In this document: one piece after another, positions 28,494-37,856 of the stretch
Position numbering within the stretch: the stretch's first letter is position 1
Layout of the letters: each line of letters begins with the position of its first letter
DNA from: Patescibacteria group bacterium
Lineage (GTDB): Bacteria > Patescibacteriota > Microgenomatia > UBA1400 > MFAQ01
Length of the DNA stretch: 64,000 nt
Reading direction: 5' to 3'
NCBI GenBank assembly: GCA_943355005.1
Contig: CALRDV010000002.1
Span: forward strand, 397 to 64,396
Position numbers and translations under genes: made by a program
Notes under the pieces: model-generated
Databases searched by the model: none
The model's input: only the letters and a program-made list of their open reading frames with translations
Told to the model about the DNA's origin: nothing

Positions 28494-30311
28494 TCAAACC
28501 ACAAGGCATGCCGCATATCTTTTCTTCAGTTCTTCTTCAATTCTCTTCTTTCCTTTATAGTCAACTCTAATCAAAACTCTGATAATAAAACTGTTTTTAT
28601 CATCAACTTTTTCAGAATTACTTCGAACGTCTCCGCCATTTTTACTTATTACAGACATTACGTCTTTTGAAATTCCAATTTTGTTCTCCCCGGTAATAAG
28701 CACTGTCGTATACATTCCAATCAAAACCCCCACCTCATCTAACTTATTTTTTATAAGTTCCAAATCAAATCCATATGCAACTTTATAATATAAATCAGAC
28801 AAACCATCCCAGCACCCCAAGCTCATCAAAAGTCTGTCTATAAGCTGAGTATCCAAGTCTCCCAAATTTAATACACCTCTTTCGCTCAAAACTTTTTCTA
28901 TCAAAATGGTTTTCCCTTTTTGTACCTCTACTTCCTTCTCAGAAAGAGCCAGCTGCCTTTCCATCATTTTTCTTGTTTCATTATTACAAAAGCTTAGCCA
29001 GTGAGCATCCGGCACTGTTTGCTGAATATCAACTACAATTTCAACAGAACTTCCAAAGGGAACCACTACATCCAAACTCATTAACTGACCATCAATTTTA
29101 ATCCCAACAGCTCTCAATCCCAGTAGAGGATTTAGTTTGTACGCTACGTCGATACCTGTGTCAGTCGGTTTCATGAACACCAATTCTTTCTTAGGGGTGA
29201 AAATAAGTTTTCGAACATATTTTTCCGGATTCTGTAGTAAATCAATTTTGTTAATACTGGCCACTCCCCAGCTATTAAAGTTTTCTTTCTTTATAGTTGT
29301 AAAACACATCTCTACATTTCCTTCATCAAATTTATAGGTATCGTGAAGTGCAGAATATCCGTTCACCGCAGGGACACCAAGATAATCATCATGTCTTCTC
29401 TTCTCAATCAAATTACCATATTTCATTCTAATAACTCCCATTGCCTTATAGCAGTTAGACAGATCTTCACTATCGACCAAGACCCTGAAACTGATTACAT
29501 CTGTAATCGCTGAAAAATTACTGGACCAAGTATTTGCCTTCATCGCCAGCTTCTTCTGCTTATTCATTATTTCCCAATAACCCCCAACTTGATGCTCCAC
29601 AATAGCGTCTATTCCGTATTTTGATAGTTCAGTTTTTATCTCCTGCTGAGTACGAAAAATAAACTCCGCGTTTAATCTCGGATCAGAGTCAATCGCTCTA
29701 CGCACTTGCCAATATTTTGCAGGTTCGACATACTGAAACGACAAATCCTCAAGAATATTTTTAACTTGCCACAAGCCAAACGATTCCGCCAAAGGAGCAT
29801 GAAATCGTAAGGTTTCCGCTGAGTTCTTCTTTTGACTCTCTGGTTTCATCCCTTCTTGCTCAAGCATGTTATGCAGTCTGTCAGCAAGTTTAATCAATGC
29901 TACGCCTGGCTCAATTATTGTTAAATTGGTAATTTTTCTAAGACTTGCAAACTCATCCCCACTCCCCTCCGCGTTCTTTAGTTTTGTCGCGCCATCCACT
30001 AGCCTTGCAACTCTTTCTCCAAACAGCTCAAGAATCATCTCAATATTAATTAAGTCTGGATGATCCTCCAAAGTGTCATGCAGTAGCCCGCCAATTACCT
30101 CATCCTCATCGGCTCCCCAACTCGACAAAATACTTGCCACAGCTACGACATGATAAACATAAGGCTCTCCACTAACTTTTCTTTTATCATCTTTATGAAT
30201 TTCTATCGCCAGTTCCAAAGCACAATTGACCCTCTCACTCAAATTCTCCCCAAACTCTTCCGGACGAGATTCATACCTGATTTTAGGTCTTAAGACAAAC
30301 TCACTCTCCAT
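28494..30311 (-). CDS. Long RelA/SpoT homologue (HD hydrolase, degenerate synthetase, TGS, ACT-like)
   Basis: SGEPYVYH, LLHDTLED, IKLADRLHNM, NGYSALH, IFTPK. Confidence 0.9.
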   Translation of the reverse strand: MESEFVLRPKIRYESRPEEFGENLSERVNCALELAIEIHKDDKRKVSGEPYVYHVVAVASILSSWGADEDEVIGGLLHDTLEDHPDLINIEMILELFGERVARLVDGATKLKNAEGSGDEFASLRKITNLTIIEPGVALIKLADRLHNMLEQEGMKPESQKKNSAETLRFHAPLAESFGLWQVKNILEDLSFQYVEPAKYWQVRRAIDSDPRLNAEFIFRTQQEIKTELSKYGIDAIVEHQVGGYWEIMNKQKKLAMKANTWSSNFSAITDVISFRVLVDSEDLSNCYKAMGVIRMKYGNLIEKRRHDDYLGVPAVNGYSALHDTYKFDEGNVEMCFTTIKKENFNSWGVASINKIDLLQNPEKYVRKLIFTPKKELVFMKPTDTGIDVAYKLNPLLGLRAVGIKIDGQLMSLDVVVPFGSSVEIVVDIQQTVPDAHWLSFCNNETRKMMERQLALSEKEVEVQKGKTILIEKVLSERGVLNLGDLDTQLIDRLLMSLGCWDGLSDLYYKVAYGFDLELIKNKLDEVGVLIGMYTTVLITGENKIGISKDVMSVISKNGGDVRSNSEKVDDKNSFIIRVLIRVDYKGKKRIEEELKKRYAACLVV

Positions 30312-30384
30312 GTCCAGATTTTACTCCTTTAACTTACAGCTGGATACCGCCTAACGAGCCTAAGAGACTGCTATAATCATACCC

Positions 30385-31695
30385 ATGGAACGAACACATA
30401 TTAAAGACGTCCGAGATCATCTTGGACAAGTCACTATCTCGGGATTTGCTCAAACAATAAGAAAACAGGGCGGTATCGCATTTGTGATCTTAAGAGACAT
30501 TACCGGTATCATTCAAACCGTTATTTTAAAGTCCAATACGGAAGCTTTTGAAATAATCCAAAACCTTTCACTCGAATCTGTAATCACCATCAGCGGTGAA
30601 GCAAAAACAAATGCTCAAGCCCCTGGAGGCATTGAAGTCTTAGTCGAGAGTATCGAGGTTCTTTCCAAAGCTGAACCCGAACTTCCCATCCCTGTTGATG
30701 AAAAAGGCGAAGGCGAAACCAATTTAGATACCAGAATGGATTGGCGATATCTTGATATTAGAAAACCGAAAAACGCTCTCGCTCTTAAGATTTGGACCAC
30801 TTTGGAAAATGCTTTTATCCAATTTTGTATCGAAAACGGCTTTATCGAAATTCACTCCCCCAAAACCGTCATCACCTCTACCGAATCCGGATCAGAGCTA
30901 TTTGAAATCAAATACTTTGATACCAAGGCTTTCTTGGCTCAATCTCCTCAATTCTACAAACAAATGGCCATGGCTGCCGGGTTGGAAAAAGTCTTCGAAA
31001 TCGGTCCTGTTTTTAGAGCCAATCCATCTTTTACCTCCCGTCACGATACGGAATTTACCATGTATGACATCGAAATGTCTTACATCAAGTCCCACCACGA
31101 ATTGATGGCTTTTGAAGAAAAAATGATGCATAGAATTCTCTCAGATATCAAAGATTTATATGGAGAAGAAATAAAGCAAGTTTTTGACCAAGAAGTTATT
31201 GTCCCCACACTTCCCTTCCCAAAAATTTCTTTTACAGAGGCCAAAAAAATTCTAGCCGAATTAAATATTCCAAACGAAAAGAAGGACGATTTAAGTCCGG
31301 AAGAAGAAAAAGCCATTGCCAAGTATTTTAAAGATAAGGATGATCACGATTTTGTATTTGTCTATGAATATCCTGCTTCCGGCCGAGCCTTCTATAGCAT
31401 GAGAGATGAAAACAATACTACTATCTCCAAGAGTTTCGATTTACTTTACAAAGGTTTAGAGATCACAAGTGGCGCTCAAAGAGAACACCGTTACGACGTT
31501 CTCAAAAAACAGATTGAAGATAAAGGTTTTGATTTAGTTGCCTTCGAAAGCTATCTCAACTTCTTCAAATACGGCTGTCCTCCTCACGGAGGTTTTGCTC
31601 CAGGTCCGTCCAGACTTTTAATGAAGATTCTTGGTCTCACCAACGTCCGCGAAGTTACTTTCGTTTACCGAGGTGTCAAACGTCTCACCCCATAA
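30385..31695 (+). CDS. aspS: Aspartate--tRNA ligase, short archaeal-type (probably non-discriminating)
   Basis: OB-fold N-terminus, LAQSPQFYKQ, VFRAN, EITSGAQREH, PPHGG; no GAD insertion. Confidence 0.92.
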   Translation: MERTHIKDVRDHLGQVTISGFAQTIRKQGGIAFVILRDITGIIQTVILKSNTEAFEIIQNLSLESVITISGEAKTNAQAPGGIEVLVESIEVLSKAEPELPIPVDEKGEGETNLDTRMDWRYLDIRKPKNALALKIWTTLENAFIQFCIENGFIEIHSPKTVITSTESGSELFEIKYFDTKAFLAQSPQFYKQMAMAAGLEKVFEIGPVFRANPSFTSRHDTEFTMYDIEMSYIKSHHELMAFEEKMMHRILSDIKDLYGEEIKQVFDQEVIVPTLPFPKISFTEAKKILAELNIPNEKKDDLSPEEEKAIAKYFKDKDDHDFVFVYEYPASGRAFYSMRDENNTTISKSFDLLYKGLEITSGAQREHRYDVLKKQIEDKGFDLVAFESYLNFFKYGCPPHGGFAPGPSRLLMKILGLTNVREVTFVYRGVKRLTP

Positions 31696-31711
31696 ACTTA
31701 CACCAACCTAT

Positions 31712-31738
31712 GTCATTCCTGGCTTGACCAGGAATCCA
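31712..31738 (+). repeat. Palindromic element between aspS and glyS
   Basis: gtcattcctggcttgaccaggaatcca. Confidence 0.9.
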
Positions 31739-31760
31739 TTCAATAAATACTACTAAAAAA

Positions 31761-33143
31761 ATGCCAGACAAAACCAAAGAAGCCACACTCGAAAAAATTA
31801 TTTCACTCGCCAAACGTCGAGGTTTCATTTTCCCCGGCTCCGAGATCTATGGGGGTCTGGCGAATACTTACGACTTCGGTCCCTTAGGTACAGAGCTCAA
31901 GCGCAATCTCATTAACCACTGGTGGAAAACTTTCGTCACCGATCGCTCCGACATGTACGGTTTAGACACTTCAGTCCTTATGAGTCCCAAAGTCTGGGAA
32001 GCTTCGGGTCACACCGCTAATTTTACCAATGTCATGATCGACTGTCTCACTTGTCACTACCGCACCCGAGCCGATCACCTAATTGAAGACAATGTCGAAG
32101 GTCTTGGCAATGTCGAAGGTAAACCCCTGGAAGAGCTGGATAAAATTATTGGAGATAACAATATCAAATGTCCCAAATGTGGCAACAAAACCTGGACCAA
32201 GACCAGAAACTTTAATCAGTTATTCGAAACCCAAATCGGTATTATCACCGAAGGCAAATCTACTGCATATCTTCGCGGTGAACTCGCTCAGGGCATGTTT
32301 GTCGACTTCAAACAAGTTCTTGATTCCATTCACCCCAAACTTCCTTTTGGTTTAGCACAGTCAGGCAAAGCTTTCCGCAATGAGATCACTATGGGAAAGT
32401 TCACTTTCAGGACTTTGGAATTCGACCTCGCCGAATTCGAATACTTCACCAAGCCGGAAGATTGGGAAAAACATTTCGAGTACTGGAAAAAAGAAATGTA
32501 CGACTTTGCTTTATCCCTTGGTATCCCGGCCGAGAAACTTCGCTGGAGATCTCACACCAAAGAAGAGCTCAGTCACTACAGTTCCCGCACCGAAGATTTG
32601 GAGTACGAATTCCCTTGGGGTTTCAAAGAAATGTTTGGTCTCGCCTATCGCACCGATTTCGATTTGAAGAATCATATCGAAAAATCCGGAGTCGATCTTC
32701 GTTATACCGATCCTTACACCCAAGAGAAATTTATTCCCCACGTCATCGAACCCACTTTTGGTCTTTCGCGAGTTCTTACCATCATCATGATGAACGCCTA
32801 TTACGAAGACGCCGAAAAGAATCGTGTCGTCATGAAATTTCCCAAAATTCTTGCCCCCCATCAAGTCGCAGTGTTCCCTCTTGTGGGCAACAAAGAAGAA
32901 ATTGGTAATAAAGCTAAAGAAGTTTACGGACTTCTCAAAAAATCTTTCCGCACTGCGCTGGACGAAAGAGGCAACATCGGTAAGAGATACTTTACTCAAG
33001 ATGAGATTGGTACCCCTTTCTGTGTCACCATCGACTTCGATACTTTAGAGGACAACACCGTCACCGTCCGAGGCCGGGATACTATGACTCAAGAAAGAGT
33101 TAATATCTCCGACCTCGCCGATTATCTTCAAAAGAATCTTTAG
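31761..33143 (+). CDS. glyS: Glycine--tRNA ligase, alpha2 dimer type
   Basis: KRRGFIFPGSEIYGG, WEASGH, GKAFRNEI, HVIEP, DEIGTPFCVTIDF. Confidence 0.97.
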   Translation: MPDKTKEATLEKIISLAKRRGFIFPGSEIYGGLANTYDFGPLGTELKRNLINHWWKTFVTDRSDMYGLDTSVLMSPKVWEASGHTANFTNVMIDCLTCHYRTRADHLIEDNVEGLGNVEGKPLEELDKIIGDNNIKCPKCGNKTWTKTRNFNQLFETQIGIITEGKSTAYLRGELAQGMFVDFKQVLDSIHPKLPFGLAQSGKAFRNEITMGKFTFRTLEFDLAEFEYFTKPEDWEKHFEYWKKEMYDFALSLGIPAEKLRWRSHTKEELSHYSSRTEDLEYEFPWGFKEMFGLAYRTDFDLKNHIEKSGVDLRYTDPYTQEKFIPHVIEPTFGLSRVLTIIMMNAYYEDAEKNRVVMKFPKILAPHQVAVFPLVGNKEEIGNKAKEVYGLLKKSFRTALDERGNIGKRYFTQDEIGTPFCVTIDFDTLEDNTVTVRGRDTMTQERVNISDLADYLQKNL

Positions 33144-34306
33144 AAGTTGTCCTTTTTCTTGAGGATCTGATCAAAAAAACGGAATGTCTTTTCTAAGGAC
33201 TCTGTTTTGATAAATTCCTTTGAACCGTGTGCAGTATTTCCTTCACCACCTCCAAACACAAGCGAAGTTGGTTTTCCCATTGCCTCCCATGCCATCTGAA
33301 GATCAAAATATCCGCTTTTACTTGAGTCTGCATATTCCGCAGTACCGACAATATCCAACGAAATATCCTCAAATTTTTTCAAAGAATTTTTATCTGTATC
33401 CCATGCGCCAAGGTCATGCGTTACCTGAACAATCTCAGGTTGAAATTCAATAGACCGATAAAATTCTTCCAAGACAGCAACTACAGTTCCGGCATTTATT
33501 TCCGGAGATACCGGTCTGATATCAATCACCATTTCTGCGATATCCGGGATCACATTTCCCGCTTGTCCCACCACAGATAACTTATTATTTACAAAAGATT
33601 TTTCTCCCTGATTGGCTCCACCTTGCAAATACGCCAAATTAATCGATGAAGTATTATCACCTTCATCCATGTCCTTGAGGTAATTTTTGACTTCCAAAAA
33701 CCCTTCAATAGCCCCTGTTATCACGTTTAATCCGGTACTTCTGGCAGCATGTCCGGATCTGCCTTTTAAACGCACCCTAAGCTCAATTAGACCACGACAA
33801 CTATTTTTGATTTGTAAATCATTACCATCAGCCGAAATTAAATATTTTGGTTTAATATCCGTGTACTTCTTCACGAAATTTTTCATCCCAAGGAAATAAT
33901 ATTCTTCATCGGCATACAGACAGATCCAATAATTATTGGCTAAAGTATTATTTTTTGCCATCATCATTAGTGAGGCAATTCCGGACTTCATATCCGTCGC
34001 TCCTCTGCCGTAAATTTTGTTGTCAATTTCCATACCGGTTAGTTGATTAATTTCTGCATTTATGGATGGTGCAACAGTATCCGTGTGGCCAACAAACAAA
34101 ATATCGGGTTCACCATTCTTGCAGATCAGATTCATTCGCCCACCGGACAACATCTGTTTTTCCACCACCAAATTAGTGTTACAGTTCATCCAGTCACCAA
34201 TAAAATCCACCAACAGATTTTCATTTTGCTTACCTGGATCCCCTTGGTAGTCCACCCACGAGGGAATGTTAATTAGATCAATGAGAAGTTTATTTAATTC
34301 TTTCAT
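33140..34306 (-). CDS. M20 family metallo-amidohydrolase (ArgE/DapE-like)
   Basis: GHTDTV, GRGATDMKSG, DEE, GHAA, NVIPD, TAH; start MKELNK at 34306, right after the GNAT stop. Confidence 0.9.
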   Translation of the reverse strand: MKELNKLLIDLINIPSWVDYQGDPGKQNENLLVDFIGDWMNCNTNLVVEKQMLSGGRMNLICKNGEPDILFVGHTDTVAPSINAEINQLTGMEIDNKIYGRGATDMKSGIASLMMMAKNNTLANNYWICLYADEEYYFLGMKNFVKKYTDIKPKYLISADGNDLQIKNSCRGLIELRVRLKGRSGHAARSTGLNVITGAIEGFLEVKNYLKDMDEGDNTSSINLAYLQGGANQGEKSFVNNKLSVVGQAGNVIPDIAEMVIDIRPVSPEINAGTVVAVLEEFYRSIEFQPEIVQVTHDLGAWDTDKNSLKKFEDISLDIVGTAEYADSSKSGYFDLQMAWEAMGKPTSLVFGGGEGNTAHGSKEFIKTESLEKTFRFFDQILKKKDNF

Positions 34307-34307
34307 T

Positions 34308-35183
34308 TTATTTGTCCTTTCTTTCAATAATTCTTGATGTTTCTACAGCAAACAAAGCTTTATCGGTGTTCGCCGGATCAAAAGCAACGATTTCCATCCC
34401 TCTTTTCAGATAGTTGCCAAAGTATTGAGAAGGTGAAGTTTTAATAGTTCTTCCGACTATTACTTTAGCGCCAAGCATGTTTAATCTGTCTAATCTTAAG
34501 TCAAACAGTTTACTTCCAATACCTTTTCCCCGTGTATTCTCGGCCACGGCAAAGTCCAGAAAAACCCCATACCTATTTTCTCCATAGATATCCATTAAAA
34601 CTTCGGATAAACTCATCCCCACCATATCTCCGCTAGTTAGAACTAATTCCTTATACGGAAACCTTTTGTCGGCCTGGAAAACATCACCCACCGAATACGC
34701 CGCAAAGCCTGAGCACTCCCCCGAGACATTACTTACAATTGCTATCTCTCCTCCATAACCCCCTTCCTCTCTAGGCAAAACAAACTTTGATAGCTCCTCA
34801 CCCGCACTTTCACTGGTCCAATAAGGAACCAATTCTTGGCCGTCTATATCCTGCAACATACCCATTGCTGCCATACTCCATAACATATATGGCCAATTGG
34901 GGTTGCTATAGTCCACACCGTTAAATTCTAATATTTTCTTCGTCTCCTGATAAATCCTCCCGTCATTATCATAAGTTCCGAATTGGACAGGCTTGTCAGT
35001 CCGTTTAAGGAGCTCTTTCCAAGATCCTGCCCAATAGCTGGTAGCGTAACTGCGGATAAGGTCTTGAAATTTATCCATTTCCAAAATTTCTTGTCCAAAA
35101 AACTCCACCATAAAGACCTCACCAGTCTCAATTTCTATGGTATTTTTTTGCTTACTTAATTGTTCGATATTATTTTCTTTCAT
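34308..35183 (-). CDS. GNAT-family acyltransferase with N-terminal extension
   Basis: FAVAENTRGKGIGSKLF acetyl-CoA motif, YLKRGM. Confidence 0.8.
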   Translation of the reverse strand: MKENNIEQLSKQKNTIEIETGEVFMVEFFGQEILEMDKFQDLIRSYATSYWAGSWKELLKRTDKPVQFGTYDNDGRIYQETKKILEFNGVDYSNPNWPYMLWSMAAMGMLQDIDGQELVPYWTSESAGEELSKFVLPREEGGYGGEIAIVSNVSGECSGFAAYSVGDVFQADKRFPYKELVLTSGDMVGMSLSEVLMDIYGENRYGVFLDFAVAENTRGKGIGSKLFDLRLDRLNMLGAKVIVGRTIKTSPSQYFGNYLKRGMEIVAFDPANTDKALFAVETSRIIERKDK

Positions 35184-35206
35184 TTTTTAATAATATTTAT
35201 TAATAC

Positions 35207-35312
35207 AAAAAGACCCCCTGGGCGGAGGTCATATTTGCATTAATTTACGCAATAATCACCTCCGCCAATTATGGGAAAGATGATGCAAATTAATTAGAAT
35301 AATATTTCTCAT
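35207..35312 (-). promoter_or_regulatory. Leader-peptide attenuator (MRNIILINLHHLSHNWRR, 35312-35256) with antiterminator and terminator
   Basis: ATG overlaps the hisS stop (ATGA). GGCGGAGGT at the leader 3' end pairs with ACCTCCGCC, the 5' arm of terminator GACCTCC-GCCCA-GGGGGTC-TTTTT. Confidence 0.8.
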
Positions 35313-36517
35313 TTTGCTTTAAGTTTTTTAATCGCGTCCGCGACAAAGACAGTTTCTTGTTCTCCGGACTTCATATTCTTTATGGAAACTTTTTTGGCCT
35401 GAACCTCATCTGCACCAATAATTGCCACATAAGGAATCCCCTTCTTATTCGCATACTTTAGTTGCTTATCCATTTTTGAATCATCTGGATACAGCTCGGT
35501 ATTTATTCCTGCAGCCCTGAAAGCTTGTGCTGTCTCCATGGCTATTACTTTCTGATCGGTGGAAAAGGCAACTACCAATACATTAGTTTTAGTCTTGGTC
35601 GTTGGTATAAGTCCCAGCATATCAGCGGCTTCCACGGTTCTATCAAAACCCATTCCAATTCCGGTTGCTGGTATTTTCAAGCCTGTTAGTCTCTCCATTA
35701 AACCATCATATCTTTCACCACCTCCGACAGAGCCGGCAGTATAGTCCTCTATCACCATTTCCCAGATTGGTCCTTGAGAATACGAAAAGGACCTAGCTAA
35801 TGTCGGTTCAAACCTGTAATACTCTTTGCCAAATCCTGATTTCTCTAAATAAGAAATTATTGTATTGATGGACTCATCCGGTTTTATGTTTAGGACTTGT
35901 TCAAAATACTTTTCGGCTTGGACTTTTCCTATCCCCTTATTAATCATATCCTGTATGACTCCGTCTCTACCGATTTTTTTTAGCTTATCGATTGCCACCA
36001 CTGCTTCATATGGTATCCCTTTCATCAAGTCACGACTGTTTAACATTACGACTGGCTTTTTAAAACCCAAACTTATATAAGTATCCAAATTTTCCGCCAT
36101 TACTTCAGCGTCAGCCGTAGGCGAGGCAACACCAAAAATATCAATATCAAACTGTGTCGGCTCACGGTAACGCCCCTTTTGAGGATTTTCAGCCCGGAAT
36201 ACCGACTGACACTGATAACGCCTGAAGGGCATTGTCAACGAGTTCAGATTATTTGCCACAAAACGACAAGTCGGCACAGTTTGGTCATACCGGAGCATGA
36301 CCTCACGCCCACCATTATCTATAAATTTATAGAAAAGCTTTTCATCTTCTCCGACCTCACCTTGAAAAAGTGAGAAAGATTCAAGTGTTGGAGTTTCAAT
36401 TGGTTCATATCCCCACCGCTCCGCCACCTCAACCATCTTGCTTTTAACCCACTGGCGCTTCCTAGCCTCTTCAGGCATAAAATCTCGAAACCCCTTTAAT
36501 GTTTGTATGTTGTTCAT
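35309..36517 (-). CDS. hisS: Histidine--tRNA ligase
   Basis: KGFRDF, LRYDQTVP, FRAENPQKGRYRE, GGGERYD, KQLKYA. Confidence 0.97.
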   Translation of the reverse strand: MNNIQTLKGFRDFMPEEARKRQWVKSKMVEVAERWGYEPIETPTLESFSLFQGEVGEDEKLFYKFIDNGGREVMLRYDQTVPTCRFVANNLNSLTMPFRRYQCQSVFRAENPQKGRYREPTQFDIDIFGVASPTADAEVMAENLDTYISLGFKKPVVMLNSRDLMKGIPYEAVVAIDKLKKIGRDGVIQDMINKGIGKVQAEKYFEQVLNIKPDESINTIISYLEKSGFGKEYYRFEPTLARSFSYSQGPIWEMVIEDYTAGSVGGGERYDGLMERLTGLKIPATGIGMGFDRTVEAADMLGLIPTTKTKTNVLVVAFSTDQKVIAMETAQAFRAAGINTELYPDDSKMDKQLKYANKKGIPYVAIIGADEVQAKKVSIKNMKSGEQETVFVADAIKKLKAK

Positions 36518-36550
36518 AATCTTTATATTAATAATACCTCCTTACCCCCC

Positions 36551-36667
36551 AAAAACGAAAAATCCCGCCTGAGCGGGTTTGTGACGTTTAGTTGAATAAG
36601 TACGTTAAACCAGCCCAAGTGAATGGAAAGTATGGCTACGATGAGACTTAAGTGTCACCTTATTCAT
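36551..36667 (-). promoter_or_regulatory. His leader-peptide attenuator of hisS (MNKVTLKSHRSHTFHSLGLV, 36667-36605)
   Basis: Three CAT codons; CTTGGGCTGGTTT pairs with AAACCCGCTCAGG, which overlaps terminator CCCGC-TCAG-GCGGG-ATTTTTCGTTTTT; TGATAGAAT 6 nt before the leader ATG. Confidence 0.82.
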
Positions 36668-36713
36668 AGGAGTATTCTATCATAACTGTCAAATTAGCCT
36701 CGAATTGGAAATT

Positions 36714-37856
36714 CTAAGCCACCAGTTCCAAATATTTTTCAATCGCGATAGAAAGTATCTCCAAACTTTCAACATCCACCCACTCGCCATTTTTTGCATG
36801 ATGACTTCCGGAGACTGCGGAAGTCGCCAATACTTTAGATCCATATTTATAAAAATGCCTTCCGTCAGTTGCACCATGCATGTTTAAGAAGCCTACTTCT
36901 TTTTTTAATACTTCTTCAATGGTTTTTTTCCATAGTACGACCTGATCATCATCTCGATCGGTTAGACATCCTTCACCCATGCCATGACTAATTTTCTCAC
37001 CCTCTCTCTTATTAGTCTCAGTTACTATCGTGCATTCATTATCCTCACACAGTTTTGTAAAGTCTGCGATACCTTCCTCGAAACTGAAATCTTCTAATGG
37101 CCATCTCCAGCTAAACCAAGCATCCACATCGGATGGAATTGAATTCTCTGAATTTGCACCGGTTTTAATTACAGTCAACTCGAACGTTGAATGCCAATCA
37201 TTATCTTTAGTGGCAACTGAGTACTTTTTTCTCATTTCTGAATATACGTTCAAAAGTCTATTTACCGGATTCTCTATTTCAAAAGCTCTCGATGCGTGCC
37301 CACCAACTCCACTTGCCCGAACATGAAAATGGTGCGGTGCTTTCTGAGACTCGACAATATCAAAGTCATAAGTACCGTCAGGAACAAATACCAACTCAGC
37401 TCTTAACCCTTGCTCCAGAACAAATCTTGCACCATTAAAACCACCAACCTCCTCATCTCCGGTCAACAGTAGTCCCACACTCCCATCTCCACCTTTTTCA
37501 ATGTAACTTCTCAGTGATACCATCATTGCTACATCATGTCCTTTCATATCTCCTGATCCACGGCCGAATATTTTCCCGTCTTCAAGTCTTGAAACAAATT
37601 GGTCTTCGTCGGCATCAACTACATCTATATGACCACTCAACAAAATTCTTACAGGACCACCTTCATTCGTCTCATTTATCCATAGTCTGGAAAATACTCC
37701 ATTTTTTTCAAAATCAACTACTTTTAAACCAAGTCCATCCAAATAACTACTCACCAGATCAAGTGCCGCTAAAACCTCCTTTTGATTTTTTGACTCAGAT
37801 GGTATTGAGACCAATTCTGAAGTCAATTTAACGATTAAGTCTCTTTTTTCTGTCAT
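36714..37856 (-). CDS. M20 family metallo-amidohydrolase
   Basis: SGHIDVV, GRGSGDMKG, DEEVGG, GGHAS, GATDGRHF, HHA. Confidence 0.9.
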   Translation of the reverse strand: MTEKRDLIVKLTSELVSIPSESKNQKEVLAALDLVSSYLDGLGLKVVDFEKNGVFSRLWINETNEGGPVRILLSGHIDVVDADEDQFVSRLEDGKIFGRGSGDMKGHDVAMMVSLRSYIEKGGDGSVGLLLTGDEEVGGFNGARFVLEQGLRAELVFVPDGTYDFDIVESQKAPHHFHVRASGVGGHASRAFEIENPVNRLLNVYSEMRKKYSVATKDNDWHSTFELTVIKTGANSENSIPSDVDAWFSWRWPLEDFSFEEGIADFTKLCEDNECTIVTETNKREGEKISHGMGEGCLTDRDDDQVVLWKKTIEEVLKKEVGFLNMHGATDGRHFYKYGSKVLATSAVSGSHHAKNGEWVDVESLEILSIAIEKYLELVA

